From an uncultured Bacilli bacterium (GTDB taxonomy: Bacteria; Bacillota_I; Bacilli_A; RF39; UBA660), in contig CALVVJ010000003.1 of the NCBI GenBank assembly GCA_944363835.1, positions 1 to 44,621 of the forward strand: 44,621 nt of DNA. Direction: 5' to 3'. The notes beneath the pieces were generated by a model. The model saw nothing but the letters and a program-made list of their open reading frames with translations, searched no databases and was not told the DNA's origin. The translations under genes and the position numbers were made by a program. Below are positions 9,564 to 19,398 of this stretch, piece after piece. Each line of letters begins with the position of its first letter. The stretch's first letter is position 1.

Positions 9564-9600
9564 TCTGTATATAATTATAGTATATTCATAAATTGAAATA

Positions 9601-12231
9601 TTATTTATTTCTTTTTCTCTTTATTGCAGCTTGTGCCGCAGCAAGTCTAGCAATAGGAACCCTAAACGGTGAACATGATACATAATTAAATCCTAAAGAA
9701 TCACAGAATGCAACACTTGATGGATCTCCACCATGTTCGCCGCAGATTCCAAGGCTTAAATCTTTATTAGTCTTACGTCCTTTTTCACTAGCAATACGCA
9801 TTAATTCTCCAACACCTTCAGTGTCAATTCTAGCAAATGGATCACTTTCAAAAATACCCTTTTCATAATAAGATTCTAAGAACTTACCAGCATCATCTCT
9901 TGAAAAACCATAAGTCATTTGTGTTAAGTCATTTGTACCAAAACTGAAGAAATCAGCAACACTAGCAATCTTATCAGCAAGTAATGCCGCTCTTGGAATT
10001 TCAATCATTGTTCCAACTTCGTATTTTAAATCAACACCAGATTCTTCAATAATTTCATCAGCAACTCTGACAACTATTTCCTTAACATATTCAAGTTCCT
10101 TTACATCTCCAACAAGTGGAATCATTATTTCTGGAGTTACTTTAATACCCTTCTTACCTACATTAATCGCTGCTTCGATTACTGCTCTGGTTTGCATCTC
10201 AGCAATTTCTGGATAAGTTATTGCAAGACGACAACCTCTATGTCCCATCATCGGATTAAATTCTTTAAGCGATTCAATAACGTGTTTCAAATCTTCAACA
10301 CTTTTACCTAAATCTTTAGCGAGTTCTTCAATTTCTTTTTCTTCTTTTGGTAAGAATTCATGTAAAGGTGGATCCAAATATCTTATAACAACACTATATG
10401 GAGCCATTGCTTCAAATAATCCTTCAAAATCACTTCTTTGATAAGGAAGAATCTTTTCAAGAGCTGCCTTTCTTTCTTCAAGACTAGTTGCACAAATCAT
10501 TTTTCTAAAATTAAATATACGATCCTTTTCAAAAAACATGTGTTCTGTTCGACATAATCCGATACCTTCAGCACCAAATACTCTAGCTTGTTTAGCATCT
10601 TTTGGTGTATCAGCATTAGTTCTAACTTTTAAATCTCTTGCTTCATCTGCCCAAGACATAAATGTTTCAAAATCACCACTAATTGATGCTTCTTGCATTT
10701 CTAATTTACCCGCATAAACATTACCTGTAGAGCCATCAATAGAAATATAATCTCCTTCTCTAAATTCTTCTCCATCACCAGTCTTAAGAACTTTTTTATT
10801 TTCATCAATACTAAATGTTCCAACACCAGATACACAGCATATACCCATACCACGAGCAACAACTGCAGCATGACTAGTCATACCACCACGAAGGGTAAGT
10901 ACACCTTTACTAGAATTCATTCCTTCGATATCTTCTGGAGATGTTTCTAAACGAACCAATATGGCATCAATTCCATCATTATGAGCTTTAATTACATCTT
11001 CAGCAGTAAAATATATTTTACCAGTTCCAGCTCCTGGAGAAGCCGCTAAACCTTTGCCAATAACTTTACTATTCTTTAGTGCTGCATCCGTAAACGTTGG
11101 ATGAAGCAATGCATCTAAACTCTTTGGTTCCACCATTAAAACGGCATCTTCTTTAGAAATTCTACCTTCATTTACAAGGTCTACTGCAATCTTAACTGCA
11201 GCACTTGCAGTACGTTTACCATTTCTAGTTTGTAAGATAAATAATTTACCATTTTCAATTGTAAATTCCATATCTTGCATATCATTATAATGATCTTCAA
11301 GCATTTGAGCAATTTTAGCAAATTCATCATAAACTTCTGGCATCTCTTGCTTTAATGTATCAATTTCACTTGGAGTTCTAATACCCGCAACAACGTCTTC
11401 GCCTTGGGCGTTAATCAAATATTCACCAAATAATTTTTTTTCGCCAGTCGCTGGGTTTCTCGTAAATGCTACACCAGTACCAGAAGTGTTACCACTATTA
11501 CCATAAACCATTTCTTGAACATTTACAGCAGTTCCCCAAGAACCAGGAATATCATTTATTCTTCGGTAATAAATTGCTCGTTCATTATTCCAACTTCTAA
11601 ATACAGCTTTAACAGCTTCAATAAGTTGAGTGAATGGGTCTTGTGGAAAATCTTCCCCAGCAAATTCTTTATAAGCAACTTTGAATTTGTCAGTCAAAGC
11701 TACCATATCATTTTCATCTAATTCAATATCATCTTTGACACCTTTTTGTTCTTTTACTTCATCGATAATATTTTCAAACTTACTTTTTGAATATCCTTTT
11801 ACGACATCAGCAAACATTTGAATGAATCTTCTATAAGAATCATACACAAATCTTTTGTTTTCAATCTTCTTAGCAAAAGCCTCAGCAATTTCGTCATTCA
11901 AGCCAAGATTTAAAACTGTGTCCATCATTCCTGGCATACTTGCTCTAGCTCCACTTCGAACACTTACTAAAAGGGGATTTTCTAAATCTCCAAATTTCTT
12001 GCCAGTTACTTCTTCTAGCTTTGCTAGATTTTTCTTAATTTCTTCCACGATAGAATCAGCAAGAACTTTTCCATCATCGTAGTATTTGTTACAAGCTTCT
12101 GTTGTAACTGTAAATCCTCTTGGAACTGGCAAACCAATATTGGTCATTTCTGCAAGGTTTGCTCCCTTACCTCCAAGAAGATTACGCATATCTTTGTTTC
12201 CTTCGTTAAACAAATACACATATTTTTCCAT
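9601..12231 (-). CDS. ppdK: Pyruvate, phosphate dikinase
   Basis: LLGGKGANL, SVRSGA..SMPGMMDT, GGMTSHAAVVARG, GICGEHGGDP; start placed at MEKY after GGAGG. Confidence 0.98.
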   Translation of the reverse strand: MEKYVYLFNEGNKDMRNLLGGKGANLAEMTNIGLPVPRGFTVTTEACNKYYDDGKVLADSIVEEIKKNLAKLEEVTGKKFGDLENPLLVSVRSGARASMPGMMDTVLNLGLNDEIAEAFAKKIENKRFVYDSYRRFIQMFADVVKGYSKSKFENIIDEVKEQKGVKDDIELDENDMVALTDKFKVAYKEFAGEDFPQDPFTQLIEAVKAVFRSWNNERAIYYRRINDIPGSWGTAVNVQEMVYGNSGNTSGTGVAFTRNPATGEKKLFGEYLINAQGEDVVAGIRTPSEIDTLKQEMPEVYDEFAKIAQMLEDHYNDMQDMEFTIENGKLFILQTRNGKRTASAAVKIAVDLVNEGRISKEDAVLMVEPKSLDALLHPTFTDAALKNSKVIGKGLAASPGAGTGKIYFTAEDVIKAHNDGIDAILVRLETSPEDIEGMNSSKGVLTLRGGMTSHAAVVARGMGICCVSGVGTFSIDENKKVLKTGDGEEFREGDYISIDGSTGNVYAGKLEMQEASISGDFETFMSWADEARDLKVRTNADTPKDAKQARVFGAEGIGLCRTEHMFFEKDRIFNFRKMICATSLEERKAALEKILPYQRSDFEGLFEAMAPYSVVIRYLDPPLHEFLPKEEKEIEELAKDLGKSVEDLKHVIESLKEFNPMMGHRGCRLAITYPEIAEMQTRAVIEAAINVGKKGIKVTPEIMIPLVGDVKELEYVKEIVVRVADEIIEESGVDLKYEVGTMIEIPRAALLADKIASVADFFSFGTNDLTQMTYGFSRDDAGKFLESYYEKGIFESDPFARIDTEGVGELMRIASEKGRKTNKDLSLGICGEHGGDPSSVAFCDSLGFNYVSCSPFRVPIARLAAAQAAIKRKRNK

Positions 12232-12287
12232 AATTATCCTCCATTTTAATTCTATCACACTTTTTCCATAAAAAAAAGGAAAGTTTT

Positions 12288-12728
12288 TTAACTTTCTAAA
12301 TTTTCTACATAATTGAGTTTAGCATATACAACTTCACTTACTTCATCCATATAAACAAATACTTCTAAATTATTAGCATAATAATTAGCATCATTTTCAT
12401 CAAGAGACTCATTAATTATTACTTTTCGTCCTTCTTCATCTACTTCATCTGTCCTAAGATAATTTTCATCAATAAGATCTTGAACATGTATAGTAAGACA
12501 ATTAGTTATATTTTCACTCCCAGTATTACAAACTCCTGTAAGCCGGTTTTTGTTGTCTTCGCCATACAATTGAGCAGCACTTTCAATAGCATCAATTTGT
12601 CCTTGCCACAAATTTTCCCTAATTTTTTGTTGAGCTGCTGTAATTCCTGCATAACCAATAGTAGAAATAACAACAATAATAACAATAACTACTAACAATT
12701 CTACTAATGTAAATCCCTTATTTTTCAT
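12288..12728 (-). CDS. Type IV pilin-like protein (prepilin cleavage/methylation motif)
   Basis: MKNKG|FTLVELL followed by a hydrophobic helix. Confidence 0.9.
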   Translation of the reverse strand: MKNKGFTLVELLVVIVIIVVISTIGYAGITAAQQKIRENLWQGQIDAIESAAQLYGEDNKNRLTGVCNTGSENITNCLTIHVQDLIDENYLRTDEVDEEGRKVIINESLDENDANYYANNLEVFVYMDEVSEVVYAKLNYVENLES

Positions 12729-12735
12729 ATTATCC

Positions 12736-13293
12736 CTACTTTAATAATAACTTTAATGCTTCTTTTACTTGTTCTTCTAATGTATTACTCTTATCTACTT
12801 GACCAATTATCTTTCTTATTTCATTAGATTTATATCCTAATGCAGTAAGTGTATCAATTAAGTCTTCTGTTTCATCTGCCTCTAATTCTTCACTTACTTC
12901 AATATTTATCTTACCCTTTAAATCAAGTATTATTTGACGAGCAAGCTTATCTCCAATCTTGGGAAACTTAGTTAAATAAAGTATATTTTCTCTATCTATA
13001 GCATCAACAATACCAGCAATAGAACCTGTTGCAAGTATTGGAAGAGCAAGTTTAGCCCCCAGCCCTTTAACACTAATAAGTTTTAGAAATAATTCATACT
13101 CTTCTTTAGTCTTAAAACCATACAAACTATATTCATCTTCACTTATCTTATTATATGTATATACTTTATATTCATCTCCAACTTTATAACTAAAAGGATT
13201 AGGTACATATATCATATACCCAATCTTTCCGCATTCTACTACTATACTATTACTATTAATCTCACTTACAATACCAATTATATAACTATACAT
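12736..13293 (-). CDS. ruvA: Holliday junction branch migration protein RuvA
   Basis: MYSYI.G, SLYGF, LISVKGLGAKLAL HhH, LTALGY C-terminal domain. Confidence 0.95.
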   Translation of the reverse strand: MYSYIIGIVSEINSNSIVVECGKIGYMIYVPNPFSYKVGDEYKVYTYNKISEDEYSLYGFKTKEEYELFLKLISVKGLGAKLALPILATGSIAGIVDAIDRENILYLTKFPKIGDKLARQIILDLKGKINIEVSEELEADETEDLIDTLTALGYKSNEIRKIIGQVDKSNTLEEQVKEALKLLLK

Positions 13294-13344
13294 AATACCT
13301 CCCTATTTACTTTAAGCAAATTATTTTTGCTTTAATTTTCAGTA

Positions 13345-13369
13345 AAAAGTTGCACTTCACGCAACTTTT
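13345..13369 (-). terminator. Hairpin/terminator downstream of DGR-like target 1
   Basis: aaaagttgc-acttcac-gcaactttt; similar to 30292-30313. Confidence 0.7.
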
Positions 13370-13467
13370 GCATTATACCATTACATAATGCTTTTATCAC
13401 CAAATTCATCATTACAACTTTTCAATCACTATTTTTCTTTACTTAATATTTCAATAATTTCTTCGCC

Positions 13468-15240
13468 CTATGCTATCCTGTAAGGATCAGTACTTGTTCC
13501 ACTGCCCCCACTTAGTACTACGCTAGACTCTAGATAGAAGGACGGACGGACGCCACTGTTAAAGCCCACGCCATAGTTACCCACACGACCTGCACTATAC
13601 ACACGAAACGCAACAGTCGCACCATCCGAACGACGGGAAATTGTCCATTCATATAATCCCATAAACATCCAGTTATTATTTCTGTTTGTATCACTATCAT
13701 AATCAAATAATGCTGTACTCCAGTTTTCTGGGCTTGCTGCATATCCATAATCTGTAACATACATTAAGCCTATTTCATCTTCGTATGTTGTTGCTTCAGC
13801 TGGACTTGTTATTTCATTTGTATATGCTGTTTTTACTGATACATCTCCTATATTGGCTAATGTATTTCCTCCAACTTGCCATGTTGTACTTGCTATTTTA
13901 CTTTGCCATTCTGCCGTTAGATAATTCCAATAATTTGTATTTAAATTTACTGTATTTAAGTTACTTTCACTCCATTCATTTGCGACTGTAATATTATTCC
14001 AGTAATAGCTATTTATTGTTGTTTTACTTCCACTGTAATAGCTTAAATTTGTATTACTATATGTACTACTACTGTAATCTCCATTTGTTCCTAACAAATC
14101 GCTATTTGCATATTCATACTTTATTAGTTTTACTTGTCCATCAAATACTCCAATAATTCGATATAAATTATCTGCACCACATGAAACCTCACTTGCTCCT
14201 GGACCAAAACATACAAAATTTTTAATATTATCACTTGTTAAGTAGCCATCTGTTACAGCTTGAGTTAATGCTTCTTCTAAAGTATTATGATGTGTTTCTT
14301 CATTATATGCTGTTGTGTAATAATGTTCATAAGTAGAATAGCAAGAATATCCAACAAATTGCTTCTCTCCATTACAATAAAAATTGACTACGCCATCACT
14401 TTCTGTATTGGTTGTGGTATACACTCTCGTTAAGCCTGCTTGATTAGCTGTTTCTGTAACTTTGTAATCTCCACCACTAAATCTATATGAATTATCTCCG
14501 GCTTCCTGATCGGCATTGGTATAACTTCCTACCCCATCGTGATAATATAAGCCATTTTCTCCATCAGTTCCGGTATATACTTCATTTATTATATAATCTG
14601 CTAACGTTGTTGGATCCGCTTCCCTATCATAAGATTTAACAGCAATACCAGCATTAAATGTCTTACCCATTGTTGACGCATCTGTTATCTCACTATCTAT
14701 ATATAAATATAAATCATAAGATACTTCACCTTGTAAAGGAATATCATCATTATACAATTTATAAATTGTTCCAAATGTTCCATTTATACCAACATTTAAT
14801 TGATTTTGATCATCACTTGTAAATTCACTTAATGCATTTGTTGCCTCACTAAGTATTCCCTCTGCTAAAATATCTTTTGATCCATTTCTAGTTATTATAT
14901 AATGAACACTTGAATCTACCAAAGTATTAGTATTAAGAGTTGCTAAATATAAATTAAATCCTACATATGATTCACAAGAACTTGTAACTGTAAATGTATA
15001 TGGTGTTGTTTGTAATGCTCTATTCTTACTTATAGGATTTGTATTATTTAAATTAATTGATGCTCCCGTATCACTCAAAGTAATTTTTGCACAACTTGAT
15101 AAACTTACCTCAGTTACTGAAGAAGATTCAATATTTGCTTGCATAAATGAATAAGTTATTCCTAGTACTATAGTTACTACAATTAATATTGATATTACAC
15201 TTAAAAGTATTATTCTAGTTCTTGGTTTCAATTTTATCAC
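13468..15240 (-). CDS. Secreted/surface protein with a C-terminal C-type-lectin-like (DUF6273-like) domain; putative DGR target 1, intact
   Basis: N-terminal TM plus GITYSF; LYRIIGVF...KLI, IGLMY..DYGYA, EWTIS...GVRP.FYL, GSGT..DPY; GC-rich 3' block. Confidence 0.8.
   Translation of the reverse strand: MIKLKPRTRIILLSVISILIVVTIVLGITYSFMQANIESSSVTEVSLSSCAKITLSDTGASINLNNTNPISKNRALQTTPYTFTVTSSCESYVGFNLYLATLNTNTLVDSSVHYIITRNGSKDILAEGILSEATNALSEFTSDDQNQLNVGINGTFGTIYKLYNDDIPLQGEVSYDLYLYIDSEITDASTMGKTFNAGIAVKSYDREADPTTLADYIINEVYTGTDGENGLYYHDGVGSYTNADQEAGDNSYRFSGGDYKVTETANQAGLTRVYTTTNTESDGVVNFYCNGEKQFVGYSCYSTYEHYYTTAYNEETHHNTLEEALTQAVTDGYLTSDNIKNFVCFGPGASEVSCGADNLYRIIGVFDGQVKLIKYEYANSDLLGTNGDYSSSTYSNTNLSYYSGSKTTINSYYWNNITVANEWSESNLNTVNLNTNYWNYLTAEWQSKIASTTWQVGGNTLANIGDVSVKTAYTNEITSPAEATTYEDEIGLMYVTDYGYAASPENWSTALFDYDSDTNRNNNWMFMGLYEWTISRRSDGATVAFRVYSAGRVGNYGVGFNSGVRPSFYLESSVVLSGGSGTSTDPYRIA
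13540..13638 (-). other. DGR-like variable region VR1
   Basis: 57/99 GC; variable codons NNC/NNT between fixed TCG, GCG, GTG and GGY codons; aligns without gaps to VR2 and VR3. Confidence 0.8.
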
Positions 15241-15306
15241 CTATTTCCTATAATAAAATAATATCATTAAATTAATATTTTTTCAATTACTAACATATAA
15301 TTTATT

Positions 15307-15573
15307 ATGAATATAAATGTAAATAAAATATATAGAAATAAAAATAGTTTTAATACCTTCTTTAGTAATAATAATGATTATATAGTAATTAATAATAAAA
15401 ATAATGCTATATTATATATTTATAGAAATTTACCTAAGTATAAATATATTAAAGTAATGGAAGATAATAAAAATACTAGTATTTTAGTATTGCCTGAATA
15501 TTCTAGTGTTGGATTAAAAATTGGGGATGTAATAAATTTAAAACAGATCACTATGACTACCAGTATCAACTAA
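15307..15573 (+). CDS. Hypothetical protein, possibly a remnant
   Basis: 88-aa very AT-rich ORF whose 3' end overlaps the yafQ-like gene. Confidence 0.3.
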   Translation: MNINVNKIYRNKNSFNTFFSNNNDYIVINNKNNAILYIYRNLPKYKYIKVMEDNKNTSILVLPEYSSVGLKIGDVINLKQITMTTSIN

Positions 15574-15820
15574 CAACAACATTAATTGATTGTCATTATA
15601 TTGATAAACTAGTAACCAATCCGGTTCGATATGACATTCACCACAATTTTTATAATAATTATCATCTCTCAAAATATGATTACGATATTTAGGTTCTAAT
15701 TCTTCTTTATTTGCTAATCTCTCTATAACAAACATCAATTTGTTGATGTCCTTACCCCGCTTAATATTTTTTTAGTTTTTTCTTAAAAATGCTAGAATAT
15801 CTCACGATATATTTAGTCAT
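15538..15820 (-). pseudogene. YafQ-family type II toxin, frameshifted
   Basis: ATG at 15820 gives MTKYIVRYSSIFKKKLKKY*; KRGKDINKLMFV...ECHIEPDWLLVY...TGSHSDLF continues in another frame after an A7 tract (15767-15773). Confidence 0.85.
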
Positions 15821-16130
15821 CTGACAATAAAGTCTCTTTAAGTTCATCCATGTCTCTAAATCCTGGATATTTATCAGGATTATTTACTATCTTTTCTGCT
15901 TCTTTTAAGGCCTTACGTAATTCTTTGCTAGGTTTTGGATTAACAACTTCAAAAGGTAGACCGTCTCTTTTAACAACTTGTTTTAAAAACAAATTAATTG
16001 CTGCACTCATACTCAAGCCTAAATCATTTAAAATAGCAGTAGCTTCTTTTTTAGTAGCACTATCAACTTGAACATTTATTGCACTAGTTAAATTAGTCAA
16101 GATTATCACCTCCATTTTTCTTATATTCAC
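15813..16130 (-). CDS. RelB/DinJ-family antitoxin
   Basis: INVQVD...K.EA..IL..LGLSMS.AI.LFLKQV....GLPFEV; the true start is probably ~16100; TTGACA-17-GATAAT promoter at ~16133-16159. Confidence 0.9.
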   Translation of the reverse strand: MNIRKMEVIILTNLTSAINVQVDSATKKEATAILNDLGLSMSAAINLFLKQVVKRDGLPFEVVNPKPSKELRKALKEAEKIVNNPDKYPGFRDMDELKETLLSDD

Positions 16131-16274
16131 ATATTATCACATTAAAATATATATGTCAACAAAAATCTACAAAATTACTACAATATTACTACATACTGTT
16201 ATATGCGAAAAATACAAATTTAGACAAAAAATATTTTTTGAAAATATGGAAATGCGTAAGTTATTAAGAGAACT

Positions 16275-16436
16275 AAAAAGCAAACGTTTCTAGCATTTAA
16301 AAAGCAACCTTGCGGTTGTTTTTTAAAGCGGCGCGTGGCGCCTACGCGGGTAGAACCGTTTGCTCATCTAAGAATTAATCTTAGGCCACATGGCTCCAAG
16401 TAGATATAATCTACTTAATATATTATATCCACTAAC
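16275..16436 (-). ncRNA. Putative structured non-coding RNA of unknown class
   Basis: GC-rich island with about five hairpins and a long-range stem (agcaaacg.ttcta / tagaa.cgtttgct) downstream of a near-consensus promoter; no credible ORF. Confidence 0.55.
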
Positions 16437-16442
16437 AATTAA

Positions 16443-16471
16443 ATTATAACAAATAGTTTTCTATTTGTAAA
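16443..16471 (-). promoter_or_regulatory. Sigma-A promoter with an overlapping palindrome
   Basis: TTTACA-17 nt-TATAAT with an extended TG; acaaatag-N4-ctatttgt inverted repeat. Confidence 0.7.
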
Positions 16472-16484
16472 TATTTTTGCTAAA

Positions 16485-17312
16485 CTAATTGCTCTCTTTT
16501 AAAATATTAGCAACTTTAGTAATAGCATTAATAGTGTCTTCAAAACTTACATTTTCAGTGTATTCTAACTTATTTTGATAGTTAGAATATACTTGTTTTA
16601 AAGCATTACTTTCTTTTAATAATTCTATTATTTCTTTAAACCTATTTATATTATATTCTGTATTTCTGTTATTAAATGTATTTTTTATTGCTTTAATTAA
16701 ATTTTCATTATTAATATTGTTTTCATTCATTAACATATAAAATCTTTAGCTCTAGTAGATGTTATATTTCTACTGATAATACTATTAAATTTTTCTGCAA
16801 TTACTGTTTCAACAGTATATGCCATAATATTTATTTTTTTATCTTCAAATATAGAATTGTATTGGTATTCTATTTCTCTTGGTGTAATAACATCTCCAGT
16901 TGTTATTTTGATAAAAAAGTTAGTTCTTATTTTATCAAAAGTACCTTTAACATTTATTCTAAAACCACCATATTCATCTTCTAATCTAATATCCTTAATA
17001 CTAACAATTTCAAAATTTACATTATCATTAATATCAATAGATAATATATTGCCAAAAATGTTTTTAATAGAATCTATATTTAATGGCAAACTTTTTAAAG
17101 TAGTATCCATATCTTTAGTAGTTCTTAAATCCTCACCAATAATAGATGAAAGTAAAACGCCACCCTTTAAAATAATATTATCTTTATATTTACTTTTTTC
17201 AAGCCTCATCAATACATGTTCAAAGAAAAACATTTGATGTAAATGATGTGATAAATTATTATTTCCTTTTGATTTTTTTCTTAATAATATTATTTAATTT
17301 ATCTGAATTCAC
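16485..17312 (-). pseudogene. AbiEii-family nucleotidyltransferase toxin, split by two frameshifts
   Basis: ILKGG.LL, RTTKDMD, AEKF, TRAKDF; the GTG start at 17312 is out of frame with 17233 (A7 tract at 17273-17279); second break at ~16736 in the KDFYD motif. Confidence 0.85.
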
Positions 17313-17915
17313 CTATAACAAAACCTCCATTAATTCGACAACCTGATCCTCTACATTCAATTTTTGAGCATATTTAATCAATTTTAAAATATCCTTATTC
17401 TTATTTTTAGCATATTCCTTTAATGCTTTAGAATAAATTTCTTTATCCACGTGATTTTTATCTCGAATAATATCGCAGATAGTTCTTTCTAAATCATAAC
17501 ATTTAACAGTTAAATCGTTAATAGTTTTAATGTCAATCATTCCAATAGGAAAAATATCATCTTTAACATATCGTAATGTAACGTTTTTATTGTTTAATAA
17601 ATTACCATTATAATTATATGGAACTGTAATATCATAAACCAACGGAATTCTATCAGACATATTATGTAAGTATAAAGCAGTAGCATGAGAAAAACACATA
17701 CGATTACTACTTTTAGATAAAATATAAAAATCATCAATTGGATAGTTCGGCAATTTATAAATTCCATTACCCACTCTCTCTATCTTCTTGTCATTTACTA
17801 AATTACTTAAAAAAGTACTATTAACTCCTAAATTTTCTGCTTCTTTATTAGTAATATAACCATTATTACTTTTAGCATAATCTAAAATTTTAACATAATT
17901 ATCCATAAACTTCAT
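17313..17915 (-). CDS. AbiEi-family type IV antitoxin / transcriptional regulator
   Basis: NGYIT...RVGNGIY wHTH, FSHATALYLH.MSD, YDLERTICDI. Confidence 0.9.
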   Translation of the reverse strand: MKFMDNYVKILDYAKSNNGYITNKEAENLGVNSTFLSNLVNDKKIERVGNGIYKLPNYPIDDFYILSKSSNRMCFSHATALYLHNMSDRIPLVYDITVPYNYNGNLLNNKNVTLRYVKDDIFPIGMIDIKTINDLTVKCYDLERTICDIIRDKNHVDKEIYSKALKEYAKNKNKDILKLIKYAQKLNVEDQVVELMEVLL

Positions 17916-17923
17916 TTCCTTTT

Positions 17924-17960
17924 ACGAGGAAATTATACTATTTTTCCTCGTGATTGTCAA
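17924..17960 (-). promoter_or_regulatory. AbiE promoter with an inverted-repeat operator
   Basis: TTGACA(17955-60)-17 nt-TATAAT(17932-37); acgaggaaa-N10-tttcctcgt straddles the -10. Confidence 0.8.
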
Positions 17961-18037
17961 CTAAATTTACTGACAATAAAAATACTAGTATTGTAGTTTT
18001 ATCTAAGAATACTAGTATTACATATCATATCATTTAA

Positions 18038-19318
18038 TTAATTATCATACTCATCATCTTTAAAAGTAAACATATAATCTAAAATTTGCACTTCATCCCC
18101 AGGTTTAGCTCCTAATTTTTCTAATTCATCTTCAATGCCCATTCCCTTAAACTTACGAGCAAATCTAAGTGTGCCTTCATCTTCTTCAAATTTAGTCATT
18201 TTAAGTAAAGTTTCAATTTCTTTGCCACTTACTATCCAAATATTACCATCTCTTTTAATTTGGTATGGTTTTGTATCTTCAAATTTATATACTTTAAAAT
18301 CACTATTATCATATAATTTTACTTCGGGAATACTTTCTAATTCACTAGCCAAAGTTTCTATTAAATTATCTATTCCTATATTATCCATACAACTTATTTC
18401 CATTATTTCAGCATTTTTAAATTTATTTTTAAATCTTTTCAAATTCTCTTGAGCATCTGGTAAATCCATTTTATTAGCCACAATTACTTCTTTTTTATTT
18501 TTCAAAACATCATTATATTTTTTTATTTCATTTCTAATAACTTGATAATCTTCAATTGGGTCTCTTCCTTCACTAGCTCCCATATCTACTACATGAGCAA
18601 GTATTTTAGTACGCATAGCATGACGCAAAAACTCATGACCTAAACCAACACTAACGCTTGCTCCTTCAATTAATCCTGGCAAATCAGCCATAACAAAAGA
18701 TGAACCATTTTTAAGTTTTACTACTCCTAAATTTGGTGATAAAGTCGTAAAGTGATATGCAGCAATCTTAGGTTTAGCACTAGATATAATCGATAAAAGT
18801 GTCGACTTACCAACACTTGGCATTCCTACAAGTCCCACATCCGCTAAAACTTTTAATTCAAGTCTAACTGTTACTTCTTCTCCCGGTTCACCTTTTTCAC
18901 TAAACTTTGGTGCAGGCATATCATGAGTTGCAAAAGATTTATTTCCTTTACCTCCTCTACCACCACGAGCAACTACAACTTTCTCATCTTCTTCCGTTAA
19001 ATCTGCAATAACTTCATTAGTCATAGCATTATAAACCGTCGTTCCTGCTGGCACTTTAATAATTATATCCTCAGCATTTTTCCCATATTTATTTGATCCT
19101 TTACCATTTTCCCCCTTATCAGCTTTAATAATTTTTCTATAACTTAAATCAATTAAAGTTTTTAAATTCTTATCCACTTGAAAAACTATGCTAGCACCTC
19201 TGCCACCATTTCCGCCATCTGGTCCTCCCATTGGTACATATTTTTCTCTTCTAAAAGAAGTACAACCATCTCCCCCAGGACCAGCCATAAGTTTTATCGT
19301 AAGTTCATCAACAAACAT
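18038..19318 (-). CDS. obgE: GTPase ObgE/CgtA
   Basis: MFVD start, Gly-rich Obg domain, GMPSVGKST, FTTL.PNLG, DLPG, NKMD. Confidence 0.98.
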   Translation of the reverse strand: MFVDELTIKLMAGPGGDGCTSFRREKYVPMGGPDGGNGGRGASIVFQVDKNLKTLIDLSYRKIIKADKGENGKGSNKYGKNAEDIIIKVPAGTTVYNAMTNEVIADLTEEDEKVVVARGGRGGKGNKSFATHDMPAPKFSEKGEPGEEVTVRLELKVLADVGLVGMPSVGKSTLLSIISSAKPKIAAYHFTTLSPNLGVVKLKNGSSFVMADLPGLIEGASVSVGLGHEFLRHAMRTKILAHVVDMGASEGRDPIEDYQVIRNEIKKYNDVLKNKKEVIVANKMDLPDAQENLKRFKNKFKNAEIMEISCMDNIGIDNLIETLASELESIPEVKLYDNSDFKVYKFEDTKPYQIKRDGNIWIVSGKEIETLLKMTKFEEDEGTLRFARKFKGMGIEDELEKLGAKPGDEVQILDYMFTFKDDEYDN

Positions 19319-19398
19319 AGTAATCACCTGTGTATATATTATCATAATCCCTTTTAAAAAACAATTACTCATGATATAATCATGATGGATGTGAGAAA

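Noticed and set aside
16315-16365. preQ1, purine riboswitch or hammerhead in the structured RNA
   Set aside because: GGUUC...UAAAAAAC and UUCUACC are present but the required stems do not close cleanly, CUGAUGA is absent, and no relevant downstream gene exists.
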